Source of the DNA: an uncultured Myxococcales bacterium
GTDB lineage: Bacteria; Myxococcota_A; UBA9042; CAZBRS01
Length of the DNA: 64,000 nucleotides
Assembly: GCA_964494475.1 (NCBI GenBank)
Contig: CAZBRS010000003.1
Coordinates: 80,286-144,285, forward strand
Direction: 5' to 3'
Program-made: the position numbers and the translations under genes
Part shown: piece by piece, positions 17,357 through 27,200 of the stretch
Layout: each line of letters begins with the position of its first letter
Numbering within the stretch: position 1 is the stretch's first letter
The notes under the pieces: generated by a model
Told to the model about the DNA's origin: nothing
Database searches by the model: none
Seen by the model: the letters and a program-made list of their open reading frames with translations, nothing else

Positions 17357-18460
17357 CTACGGAGCAGCCCGGTTTCCGTCGACCCCGGCCTCGGGCTTCG
17401 GGAGCGTGGCCAGCAGCGCCTCGAGCTTCTTCAGGCTCTGCTCGCTCTTCTCCATCCACTCGTTCTCGGCGCGCACGCGGCGGCCCATCTCGAGGTTCTT
17501 GCGGTAGACCTCGATGGCCCTCCGGACGAGCGGCGCGATGTGACGCTTCAGCTCGGCGAAGTAGACCTCGCGCGCCTCGGCGTCGAGCTCGGCAGGCACC
17601 TCGGCCGCGTGCAGGTCGGCGGTGAAGTCCTCGTAGGCCTGCCCGATGCGATATCCCGCGGCCAGGGCCCAGTAATGGTCGCGCATGCGAATGGCCTTGA
17701 GGAAGGCGTTCTGGGCGTTCAACAGCAGGCGTCCCTTGGCCTCGAGGTCGACCCGCATGCGCTCGAGCGGCAACAGCAGCGGAACCTGCGAGGAGCGCTC
17801 GGCGAAGAGGTCGCCCACCTGGTACTGGGCGCGAGCGGCCCACGTGGGGTGGTACTGCAGGAAGAGGTCGGTGGTCTGCCGGTAGAGCTGCACGGCCTCG
17901 CGGTAGTGGGCGCGCGCGGCGTCGTAGTGCCCGGCCCGTTGGCGGCAGATGCCCGCGCGCACGAGCTGCTCGACGCGCTGGGCCGGTGCGCCCTCGGCGA
18001 CGAGCAGGTCTTCGAACGCCTGGGCCGCGGCCTGCCACTGGCCGAGCCCCGCCCAGGCGATGGCCAGGTGGAAGCGCGCGTCGCGAGCGTCGCCGTTCGT
18101 ACCGGCCCACGCCTCGGCCGCCTCGAAGTCACGCACGGCTTCGCGGTAGTCTTCGAGGCGCATGGCGACCAGCCCGCGGTTGAAGGCGTACAGGTCGCGC
18201 CAACGCGACTCGGGGTGGGCGCTCCGGAGCGCCGTGTAGATGCGCCGTGCGGCCGGCAGGTCGTCGCGCTCGTAGGCCCTCACGGCCTCGTCGAAGAGGT
18301 CGCGCTCGTCGCCCATCACGACCGTCGAGCGCCCCCCCCGGTCCATCACGAGCACGTGGGTGTCGTCGAGCGTGATCTGCTCGGCCGGGCGGGAGACCGA
18401 GCCGCACGCGGTCGCGACGAGGAGCAGGAGGACCATGACGGGACGAACCATGACGCCCAT
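17357..18460 (-). CDS. TPR-repeat lipoprotein
   Basis: The signal peptide carries the lipobox LVATAC. Several TPR-like repeats are rich in Ala, Tyr and Arg. Confidence 0.65.
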   Translation of the reverse strand: MGVMVRPVMVLLLLVATACGSVSRPAEQITLDDTHVLVMDRGGRSTVVMGDERDLFDEAVRAYERDDLPAARRIYTALRSAHPESRWRDLYAFNRGLVAMRLEDYREAVRDFEAAEAWAGTNGDARDARFHLAIAWAGLGQWQAAAQAFEDLLVAEGAPAQRVEQLVRAGICRQRAGHYDAARAHYREAVQLYRQTTDLFLQYHPTWAARAQYQVGDLFAERSSQVPLLLPLERMRVDLEAKGRLLLNAQNAFLKAIRMRDHYWALAAGYRIGQAYEDFTADLHAAEVPAELDAEAREVYFAELKRHIAPLVRRAIEVYRKNLEMGRRVRAENEWMEKSEQSLKKLEALLATLPKPEAGVDGNRAAP

Positions 18461-18582
18461 TGTAGAGACACCGCGACCGCGGTCAACCGCCGGACCGCTC
18501 CGTGACTTCGTTCCTGGGGTTCCCGCTGGCTTCAGAAATCGTCTGATCGTAACATACCGACCGTCGGGGAGGGGTGCGCGGT

Positions 18583-19698
18583 ATGACGCACGACGAGCAC
18601 AGGGAGAAGTCGGATCCGCAGGTGCGGTGCCTGGTCGTCGATGACGACGAGGACGATCGGTTCCACCTGATCCGCATGCTCCGCCAGGACGCCGAGGTCA
18701 CGTACCAGTTCAGCGAAGCCGCGACCGGCGAGCTCGGTCTGGCTGCCGCCGGGCGTGACGTCTTCGACCTCATCGTGCTCGACTACCGCCTGCCGGGAGA
18801 CGACGGCCTCTCGCTGCTGCCGCGCTTCCGTAAGGCCTGCCCCACCGCGGCGGTGGTGTTCGTGACCGGCGTGCAGGACATGGAGGTGGCCCGCTGCGCC
18901 CTGGCGGCCGGTGCCCACCACTTCCTGTTCAAGACCGAGCTCTCGACCACGGCGGTCAACCACGGCATGCGCGCGGCCCTCGGCCGGCGGCGCCTCGACG
19001 TCATGTCGGGCGAGTTGAACCGCATGGGCGACATGGCGCGCAACCTCTCGGCGTTCGTGCCGACCGACCTGGTCGACACGGTGATGCACTCCGCCGAGAG
19101 CGGCCACGAGACCGGAGCGCAGCGCCTGCCGGCCGGCATCCTGTTCGGTGACGTGGCCAACTTCTCGAGCATCGTCGAGGTCCTCGGGCCCGAGGGCACC
19201 ATCGAGATCCTGAACCGGTTGGTGGCGCGCTTCGAGTCCACGCTCCGCGAGCGACGCGGCATCCTCGACAAGATCATCGGCGACGGCGTGCTGGCCATCT
19301 TCCCGGGTCGGGCCGTGCCCGACGACGACCGTCGCACGCTCATGGAGAACATGATCCGGAGCGGCGCCGAGATGATCCGCGCGTTCGACGAGGAGTGGCG
19401 GCAGACGCCTTTCCACCAGGGCATCCCCAGCGGCTTCCGCGTAGGGTTGTCGTTCGGCGAGGTGATCCGCGGGCACGTGGGCTCCGAGCGCCGCCGCGAC
19501 TACACGGTGGTGGGCCGCACGGTCACGCTGGCCAAGCGCCTCGAGTCCCAGGCACCCTCCAACGCCATCCTGTTCGACGCGTCGGTCTACCAGCACGTGG
19601 CGCCCCTGCCGCGCGCGCTCGATTTGGGCGCCATGCGGCTGAAGGGCATCCCCGAGACGGTGCGCGTCTACCGGCTCGACGCCGACTGGGTGGGGTGA
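18583..19698 (+). CDS. Response-regulator receiver domain fused to a class III adenylate/guanylate cyclase
   Basis: The ribosome binding site GGGGAGGGG precedes the ATG at 18583. The receiver domain shows the acidic pocket VVDDDEDD. The cyclase domain contains ILFGDVANFSS and KIIGDGVLAIF. Confidence 0.8.
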   Translation: MTHDEHREKSDPQVRCLVVDDDEDDRFHLIRMLRQDAEVTYQFSEAATGELGLAAAGRDVFDLIVLDYRLPGDDGLSLLPRFRKACPTAAVVFVTGVQDMEVARCALAAGAHHFLFKTELSTTAVNHGMRAALGRRRLDVMSGELNRMGDMARNLSAFVPTDLVDTVMHSAESGHETGAQRLPAGILFGDVANFSSIVEVLGPEGTIEILNRLVARFESTLRERRGILDKIIGDGVLAIFPGRAVPDDDRRTLMENMIRSGAEMIRAFDEEWRQTPFHQGIPSGFRVGLSFGEVIRGHVGSERRRDYTVVGRTVTLAKRLESQAPSNAILFDASVYQHVAPLPRALDLGAMRLKGIPETVRVYRLDADWVG

Positions 19699-19742
19699 CG
19701 AACCCCCGTTCTCTCCGACACCGTCCATGGTACACTGCCTCC

Positions 19743-20660
19743 ATGAGCGCCCTCCTCTCCCGGACGTTCGCGACGGCCCGTCGCGCGCTGCAGGTCTTCT
19801 CCGAGGCTCGCGGCTTCCAGCACGCCGCCGCCATCAGCTACTTCGCGGTGCTGTCGCTCCTGCCCTTCCTCATCCTGCTGGTGGCCGCGTTCGGCTTCGT
19901 GGCGACCTTCCTCGGCTCGCGTTCGGGCTCCGAGGAGTCGCTGCTCGAGATGATCGCGCGAGCGCTGCAAGACCTGGCGCCCTTCCTGGTCGACCAGGTC
20001 ACCTCGCGCCTGCGCTCGGTCATCCAGGCCCGCGATGCCCTGGGGCTGGTCGGCGTGGTCGTGCTGCTGGTCACGGCCAGCCTGGTGTTCGAGGCCATCG
20101 AGACCGCCGCGCGTGAGATCCTGCAGGCGCCGCGCACGCGCCACGTCCTGCTGGCGCGCGTGCTGTTCCTGGCGCTCTTCGCCGGCGTGTCGCTGCTGGT
20201 GGCCGTCGCGGGCGTGCTGCTGGCGCTGGTGCGCTCGTGGCTGGCCGTCAGCGACGACGCCTCGCTCGTGACGCTGGTCGCGCGCTACCGCTTCCTCGAC
20301 TGGGCGGTCTCGGTGGGCCTCCTGGCCAGCCTCTTCGTGGGTATCGTGGGGTACGTTTCGCGCGAGCACCGCGCGCGCTGGCCGCTCGCGGGGGGTGCCC
20401 TGGTGTTCCTGGCGCTCTTCGCGCTGTCGCGCTTCGCCTTCGGCGTCTACGTCGAGCGGTTCGCCCGCTTCGACCTGGTGTACGGCTCCCTGGCCACGAT
20501 CGTGATCGGCCTCGTGTGGATCTACTACGTGGCGCTCGTGTTCCTGCTCGCGGTGGCGGTGGTTCGCGTGCTGGGGGAGGAGCCCTCACCGCGCCCCGAA
20601 GAGGTCGGTGCCGACCCGCACGAAGGTGGCCCCCTCGGCGATGGCGACCTCGAGGTCTGA
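19743..20660 (+). CDS. yihY: YihY/BrkB-family inner membrane protein
   Basis: The protein has six TM helices and the conserved N-terminus FSEARGFQHAAAISYFAVLSLLP. Confidence 0.7.
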   Translation: MSALLSRTFATARRALQVFSEARGFQHAAAISYFAVLSLLPFLILLVAAFGFVATFLGSRSGSEESLLEMIARALQDLAPFLVDQVTSRLRSVIQARDALGLVGVVVLLVTASLVFEAIETAAREILQAPRTRHVLLARVLFLALFAGVSLLVAVAGVLLALVRSWLAVSDDASLVTLVARYRFLDWAVSVGLLASLFVGIVGYVSREHRARWPLAGGALVFLALFALSRFAFGVYVERFARFDLVYGSLATIVIGLVWIYYVALVFLLAVAVVRVLGEEPSPRPEEVGADPHEGGPLGDGDLEV

Positions 20661-21287
20661 GCTCATGCCCATGCTGAGCTCGCGGAAGGCGTCGCCGAGC
20701 CCCGGGAGTCGGGCGCGAAGATCGTCGCGAAGCCGGCGCAGCCGCCGGAAGTAGGGCCTCGCCATCTCGGGCTCGACGAACGGGGGAATGCCCATGAGCC
20801 CCCGGAGGGCCACCCCCGGCGAGGCTGCGGCGCGGGCCACCAGGGCTTCGAGCTCGGCCTCGGAGCAACCCGACTTGGTCTCTTCGTTGCCCACGTTGAC
20901 CTCGACGAGCACGCCCGTGACCAGGCCCGCGCGCGCGGAGCGCGTCGAGATCTCGTCGAGCACCGAGGCGCGATCGACCGAGTGCACCAGGTGCACGCGC
21001 CCCACCAGGTACTTGACCTTGTTGCTCTGGAGCGCGCCGATGAAGTGCCAGCGCAGGTCGCGATCCGCGAGCGCGTCGGCCTTGCCGCGCCACTCCTGCA
21101 CGTAGTTCTCGCCGAAGTCGCGGAGCCCCGCGGCCCAGGCGGCGCCGAGCAGGTCGGGCGGCTGCGTCTTCCCCACGCCCACGAGCGTAATCTCGGCGGG
21201 CTCGCGCCCGGCCAGGCGCGCCGCCGCCGCGATGCGCTCGCGAACGACGGCCAACCGGCCGGCGACGTCAGAAGGGGAGGATGTCAT
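20586..21287 (-). CDS. yggS: YggS-family PLP-binding protein (PLP homeostasis)
   Basis: The TLVGVGKTQP, FGENYVQE and HFIGALQSNK motifs are present. Confidence 0.85.
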   Translation of the reverse strand: MTSSPSDVAGRLAVVRERIAAAARLAGREPAEITLVGVGKTQPPDLLGAAWAAGLRDFGENYVQEWRGKADALADRDLRWHFIGALQSNKVKYLVGRVHLVHSVDRASVLDEISTRSARAGLVTGVLVEVNVGNEETKSGCSEAELEALVARAAASPGVALRGLMGIPPFVEPEMARPYFRRLRRLRDDLRARLPGLGDAFRELSMGMSSDLEVAIAEGATFVRVGTDLFGAR

Positions 21288-21927
21288 CGGCGCCCATCTC
21301 CTGCATCATCTCGACCAACTGGCAGAGCGGGAGCCCGACGATGTTCGTGTAGGAGCCGGCCAGCGAATCGACCAGGTACCCGCCCACGCCCTGGATGGCG
21401 TAGGCTCCCGCCTTGTCGGCCGACTCGCCGAGCGAGATGTACTTCTCGACCTCGCGCGGCCGCAACTGCTTGAAGCGCACGACCGACGTGACCGCCTGCA
21501 GTCCCTCGCGGTTCTTGACGAGGTCGTACAGGCAGAAGCCCGTGATGACCACGTGCTCGCGCCCGGACAGCCCGTTCAGCATGCGAATGGCCTCGTCGTT
21601 GTCGCGGGGCTTGCCCATGATCTCTTCGCCCGCCACCACGACGGTGTCGGCGCCGACGATCCAGCGGACGTTGGTGAAGCGCTCGATGGCACGCGCCTGC
21701 GTGTAGGGGAGCTGCTTGTGATCCTCGGGGAGCGCGGTGGCCTTCAGGCGCTCGACCACGGCCAGCACCTTCTCGCGGGCGATGCGCTTCACGAAGTTCT
21801 CGGGCAACTCGTCGGGCCGAATCTCCTCGGGGATGTTCGGCGGCATGACCTTGACCTGGAAGCCCAGGCCCTCGAGGAGCTCGCGTCGCCGCGGCGACGC
21901 GGAGGCCAGGATGATCTGCTCCGGCAT
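21268..21927 (-). CDS. maf: Maf-family nucleoside triphosphate pyrophosphatase
   Basis: The ribosome binding site AGGGAGG precedes the ATG at 21927. The ILASASPRRRELL motif is present. Confidence 0.85.
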   Translation of the reverse strand: MPEQIILASASPRRRELLEGLGFQVKVMPPNIPEEIRPDELPENFVKRIAREKVLAVVERLKATALPEDHKQLPYTQARAIERFTNVRWIVGADTVVVAGEEIMGKPRDNDEAIRMLNGLSGREHVVITGFCLYDLVKNREGLQAVTSVVRFKQLRPREVEKYISLGESADKAGAYAIQGVGGYLVDSLAGSYTNIVGLPLCQLVEMMQEMGADDILPF

Positions 21928-22075
21928 CGCACCCTCCCTTGTGGGGCCTCTCGTATAGCGCCCCGGAGGCCCGCGCGTCAAGCTCGTGGCGCGCGCCGGT
22001 CTCGGAGCGGCATCCGGGGCTTCGCGCGGACCCTGGCTCGGCGTATACTGGCAAGACAGAACCCGGGAGGAGCCC

Positions 22076-22945
22076 ATGCACCTCGACTCGTCGCTCGTCG
22101 GTCTCTCGCTGCGACCCATCGAGGCCCACGTCACGTGGCGCCAGACCACGAACTTCGCGGCCGCCGTCGGCGATCTCAACCCGCTCTACCTCGACGACAC
22201 GCTCGACGACGGTCTGGTGGCGCCACCCACGTTCCCCGTGGCGCTCAGTTGGCCGCTGCTGGCCGCCTTGCCGGACCACGCCGACCTGCCGTTCGGGTCC
22301 GAGATCCTGTTGTCGCTCGTGCACTACAGCGAAGCCCTGGTGCTGCACCGCCTGGTGCGCCCCGAGGACCACCTCCGCATCGGCGGCGAGATCGCGGCGC
22401 TCCTCCCGCACCGCGCCGGCTCGCACCTGGTCCTGAAGCTGGTGGCCAGCGACGAGCGCAACCGCGTGGTCTTCACCGAGTACGTGGGCGCGCTGCTCAT
22501 GGGCATCCCCTGCTCCGACGGCGGCGCGGGGGCCGAGGATCTGCCCCACGTCCCGCCGCCCCCCGGCGGCGAGCCCCTCTGGGAGGTGAACCTGCCCATC
22601 GCGACCGAGGCCCCCTGGGTCTACGACGGCTGCACGGGCATCGAGAATCCCCTCCACACGTCCGTCGCCTTCGCACGCCAGGCCGGGCTCCCGGGCCCCG
22701 TCCTGCAGGGCACGGCCACCCTCGCCAAGGCCGTCGCCGAGATCGTGAACCGCGAACTGAATGGCGACCCCAGCCGCGTCGAGTTCGTCTCGGCGCGCTT
22801 CACCGATCTGGTCGTTCCGGGCACCGAGGTGCGCGTGCAGTTGCTCGGCAGCGACGACCTCGAACGGGGGCGCGGCCTGCACTTCCGCGTGCTCGGCCCG
22901 AGCGGTCGACCGGCCGTCAACCGGGGGTTCTTGCGCGTGAAGTAG
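22076..22945 (+). CDS. MaoC-like double hot-dog dehydratase family protein
   Basis: The ribosome binding site GGGAGGAG precedes the ATG at 22076. There is two-domain hot-dog-like conservation. Confidence 0.6.
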   Translation: MHLDSSLVGLSLRPIEAHVTWRQTTNFAAAVGDLNPLYLDDTLDDGLVAPPTFPVALSWPLLAALPDHADLPFGSEILLSLVHYSEALVLHRLVRPEDHLRIGGEIAALLPHRAGSHLVLKLVASDERNRVVFTEYVGALLMGIPCSDGGAGAEDLPHVPPPPGGEPLWEVNLPIATEAPWVYDGCTGIENPLHTSVAFARQAGLPGPVLQGTATLAKAVAEIVNRELNGDPSRVEFVSARFTDLVVPGTEVRVQLLGSDDLERGRGLHFRVLGPSGRPAVNRGFLRVK

Positions 22946-22986
22946 CCGTGTAGGATGGCATGGTATCGCCGGTTTCGGAGCCTCGC

Positions 22987-24207
22987 ATGCGCTGGATCTT
23001 CAGGCTGCTCCTCCTGTTGCCCCTGGTGGCCCTCGGCCTGTTGGCGCTGGCCTGGGCGCTGTTGGTCCACACCGACGCCCCCGCGCACGTCGTGACCACC
23101 GGATTCAACGACGAGAACACCCGGCTGTGGCTCGAGGCCCGAACGGCTCGCCTGCACGGCGACCTGATGGGCCTGCGGATCGAGGACCTCTCGCTGGCCG
23201 AGCGCACGCGCACGCAGCCCATGGTGCGCGTCGAACGCTTCGATGCGAGCTTGAGCGCGCTGCCCACCGATGACCTCGTCGACATCGATCGCGTCGAGGT
23301 GAGCGGACTCGACATCGATCTCGACGTGGCCTGCCTGCCCGCCCTGCAGGAGTTCGCGATCCGCAAGGCCGAGCCCCCGAAGCCCGGCGGGCCGGCGCCG
23401 TCGGTCCGCTTCGGGAGGCTCGTGCTCACCGACGCGTCCTTCGCGTGGCGGGGCGCCGCGTCGTCCGTCGAGATCCCCGACCTCGACCTCGAGCTCTCGG
23501 GCGTCACGGGACCGGCCACCGACGTGACGCTCGCCGCGAGCCTGGCGGGCGCCACCATCGGCGCCGCGTCCACGGCGGTCAAGCTGGGCAAGCTGAAGCT
23601 CGACGGCTCGTTGAAGGGCAGCACGGAGGGCTCGGGAGAGTTGAAGCTCGACGCCGTCGCGCTCGAGAGCGTCGAGGCCGGCGCCTGGCGGATCGGGGGG
23701 CTGGCGCTCGGGGAAACGACGCTGACCTTGCAGGGACTCGGTGGGCGGCTGGTCCTCGGCGCGCTCGGGCTCCGCAGCCTCACCGGCCCCGACTTCGATC
23801 TGGCCGACGCCACCCTCTCGCTCGACGCCACGGGAGGGCTGGCCGGCGTCGAGCTCACGCGGGCCGCGCTCTCCTCGCCGCGCCTCTCGATCACGCTCGA
23901 CGGCACCGCGAAGCCCACCCTCGGCCTCACGGGCAGCGGCCTCGAGGTCAAGCTGCAGGGCTCGTTCCAGGTCGAGCCCGCGGCGCTGCTGCCGAAGGCC
24001 TGCGCCGGCGTCACCCGCGCGAGCGGGCGCTTCCTCGTCACGGGCGGATCGAAGGGCGGCCTGAAGCTCGACTCGCTCACGCTCACGATGACCGGCGCCG
24101 ACGGCGACCACGAGTTCACGCGCTCGGGCGTGGCGCTGACCGAAGGTGCGGTCGTACGAGCCCTCTTCAGTGAACTGTGCTCCACGGTGGGCACCGGAGC
24201 GCCGTGA
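22987..24207 (+). CDS. AsmA-like membrane-anchored protein, first gene of the TamB/Omp85 operon
   Basis: The ribosome binding site GGAG precedes the ATG at 22987. There is an N-terminal TM anchor, followed by beta-rich repeats rich in Gly and Leu. Confidence 0.55.
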   Translation: MRWIFRLLLLLPLVALGLLALAWALLVHTDAPAHVVTTGFNDENTRLWLEARTARLHGDLMGLRIEDLSLAERTRTQPMVRVERFDASLSALPTDDLVDIDRVEVSGLDIDLDVACLPALQEFAIRKAEPPKPGGPAPSVRFGRLVLTDASFAWRGAASSVEIPDLDLELSGVTGPATDVTLAASLAGATIGAASTAVKLGKLKLDGSLKGSTEGSGELKLDAVALESVEAGAWRIGGLALGETTLTLQGLGGRLVLGALGLRSLTGPDFDLADATLSLDATGGLAGVELTRAALSSPRLSITLDGTAKPTLGLTGSGLEVKLQGSFQVEPAALLPKACAGVTRASGRFLVTGGSKGGLKLDSLTLTMTGADGDHEFTRSGVALTEGAVVRALFSELCSTVGTGAP

Positions 24208-27200
24208 CCACGCCGTCGGCCAGGGAGACCCCCCCGCGCACGCGCCCACCCCGCAGGGGAGGCTTGCGGCGCCTCGGCCGCTGGGCCGTGCGCCTGCTGG
24301 CGACCCCCTTCCTGCTGCTCGCCCTCTCCTACCCGGTGGCCTGGTTCGCGCTCAATTCACCCGAATTCCTGACCCGCGCGCTCACGACCGTCAACGAGGC
24401 CATCCCTGGCACCATCCGGGTACGCGAGCTGGAGTGGGGGCCCCTGCCCTGGAGGCTCCACCTCACGGGCGTTCGCATCCTGGCGCCCGGCGACCCCGAG
24501 CCCGTGATCGCGGTGAACGACCTGGTGGTCGACCTCGCGCTGACCGACGCGCTGCGGAGCGCCCTCGCCACGCTCCTGCGGGGCGAGGGCTTCTTCCTGC
24601 CCGTCGACTCCGTGACGATGCGGGGCTACTCGTGCACGCTCACCTTCGACGACGACTTCGACCTGCGCCTGAAGCACGCGTTCGTGACCCCGACCCCCGC
24701 TGCCGAGGAGCCCCCGGACCCCGAGGACACGGACGACGACGCCAGGGGCTTCTCGATGGACGTTCGACGGGTGGTGGGACGCGGAGGCCGCTTCCGCATC
24801 GACTACCCGGCGTGGGGAGCGTCGACCGACGGCATCGACCTGTACGCGGTGTTCCGCCTCGAGAGCGACGGGACCCCCTTCGTGCTGGCGTCGACCGTCA
24901 CGAGCCGACGGGGTGAACTGCGGGTGGGCGACGGCGGACAGCCGGTGGTCTTCCCCTTCGAGGACCTCGAGGTCCACGGCTACATGCTCGATCACCTCTT
25001 CGAGCGCTTCGGGAGCGTCCGCTTCTCCAGCGAGGGCCTCCGGGTGCTGGCCACCGGACACCTGGCCACCGACGATCCCGCGCGCTGGTCCGAGCTCATC
25101 GCCAAGATCGAGGTGCCCGTCGACGCCCCGGGTCTGCTGCGATGGACGGGCGACCACGTGAGCCTGGCCGCGCCGGCCTCGTTCGAGGGACGCCTCGAGG
25201 GCCCCCTGGCGAGCCCGTCCCTGACCTTGGCGGCGGGGCCCCTGGCGATCACCAGCCCCTGGGTCCCGGGCCGGGTCTCGGTCGAACCGTTCCAGGCCAC
25301 CCTCGCCTTCCGGCCCATCGACGACGAGCTCAGCATCTCGCGCCTGGCCTTCGCGGGCGACTGCCTGCCGGCCGTCGAGGCCCGTGGGCTGCGGTTGGGC
25401 CTGGGCTCGCTGAACATCGAGGGCGAACTGCACGCCGGCGAGCTCTCGCGCGCGTTGTGGCCGCTCGACTGGCCCGTGGTGCTCGAGGCCGTGAAGAAGG
25501 CGGGGGGCTCTCTGCGCGTGGCGGGTCAGTTGCCCCTCGGCGAGGTCTGCGGACGACGGCTGGAGCTCGACGCCGACCTCGATCTCGGTGGGCACAGGGG
25601 ATTGACGGGCCGGCTCACGTGGGACCCCACGCGCCTCGAGTTGACCGATCTGCGCCTGGCGATGGACGTGGGCGAGGCCTCGGCCACCGGCTGGATCGAG
25701 CCCGGATCGGGCCGGCTCGACCTGCGCACCGAGGGCAAGGTGCGCGACCTCGCGACGTTCGTCGAGCGCCTGCACCTGCCTCCACGGGTGGCCGGCTCGG
25801 CGGTGTGGTCGGCCGAGGCCCGCGGCGCGTGGCCCGACCTCGACGGGAGGGGTTCGCTCGACGCCACGGCGCTGCACGTGGCCGGCCTCGACCTGGGCGC
25901 CGTTCGAGCGCGGGCCACGTTCGAGGAGCGGGTGCTCCGAGCCACGCGCTTCGAGATGACGGGGCCCCTCGGCGCCTATGCCGGGCGCGGCCTCGTCGAG
26001 CTCGACGAGGCCTGGCGGCCGACGCACGTTCGGCTCGACGAGGTGCGGGCCGCGCTCGACGCGCCCTCCATCCTCCTGCCCGATCTTCCCCTCGGCGCGC
26101 GGCTCGAGGTCAGCGCGACCGACCTCGAGCTCGAGGTCTCGGCGCCGCTGGCCTCGCTTCGGGGGAACGCGACGGTGCGGGCGGCCGGCGTGTCGTGGCT
26201 GGGCGAACCCATCGGCGACGTACAGGCCGACGTGCACGCGCCCGCTGGCGGCGATCTGCGGCTCGATCGCGTCGAGGTCCGCCGAGGGGGCAAGCGCCTG
26301 CTGGCCGCGGGGCTGACCGTCGATCGCGGCCTCGAGCGCGTGGCGGGCTCGGCGTCCGTCTCGGCGACCGTGGCGGAGCTCCCGTTCCTCCAAGGCCTGC
26401 CGTTCCCGCTGTCCGCCGAGGTCGCGCTCTCGCTCAGCGTCGAGGGTGCGCTCCTCGACCCCCTGGTGAGCGGCGTGCTTCGGCTCGACGACTGGGAGGT
26501 GCGCCCGCGTCCGGGCCTGCGGGTCCGGGGCAACGAGGCCACCGTGCGCCTGTGGGGTCGGCCCTCGACCGGCCTGCACCTGGCCTCGGACGACCTCTAC
26601 CCCGGCGTGCGGCTCAGCGAGCAGTCCACGCTGCGGCCCCTCGACGTCGACCTCTTCCTCGAGGTCGAGGGCCTGCAGCCCCTCGAGTTCTTCGAGGCGG
26701 CGGCCGACCTGCCCCTCTCCATCACGCTCGGCGGCACCTACCGCGTGAGCGCCCGCTTCGGCGGGCCCGCCTCGGTCACGGTGCTCGGCCGCATCCCGCG
26801 CCGGTCGCTCGGGGTGTCGCTGCAGGACGAAGAGGTGACCCTCTGGAACGAGGAGGAGACCGTCTTCGGCGTGTCGCCCCTGGGGCTCTTCGTGAACCGC
26901 CTCCACCTGACCGGCCAGAGCCTCGAGGCCGCCCTGTGCGGCGAGATCGGCCCCGACGGGGCGCTCGACGTGTCGGCCTCGCTGCAGGCCCGCGTCGCCA
27001 ACCTGCCGGGCCTGAAGGAGTTCCTCATCGAGCGGGGCGGCGAGCTCCGGACCGAGGGGCGGGGCGACGCGGCCTCGTGCCTGCCCGACGCTGGCGGCAT
27101 CCACGTGGGGGGCACGTTGGACCGACCTCGCTTCTCGGGGGCCGTGGTGCTGCAGGACCTGGCGCTGCGCCCGCGCGGCTTCGCGAGCACGATCCAGGTG

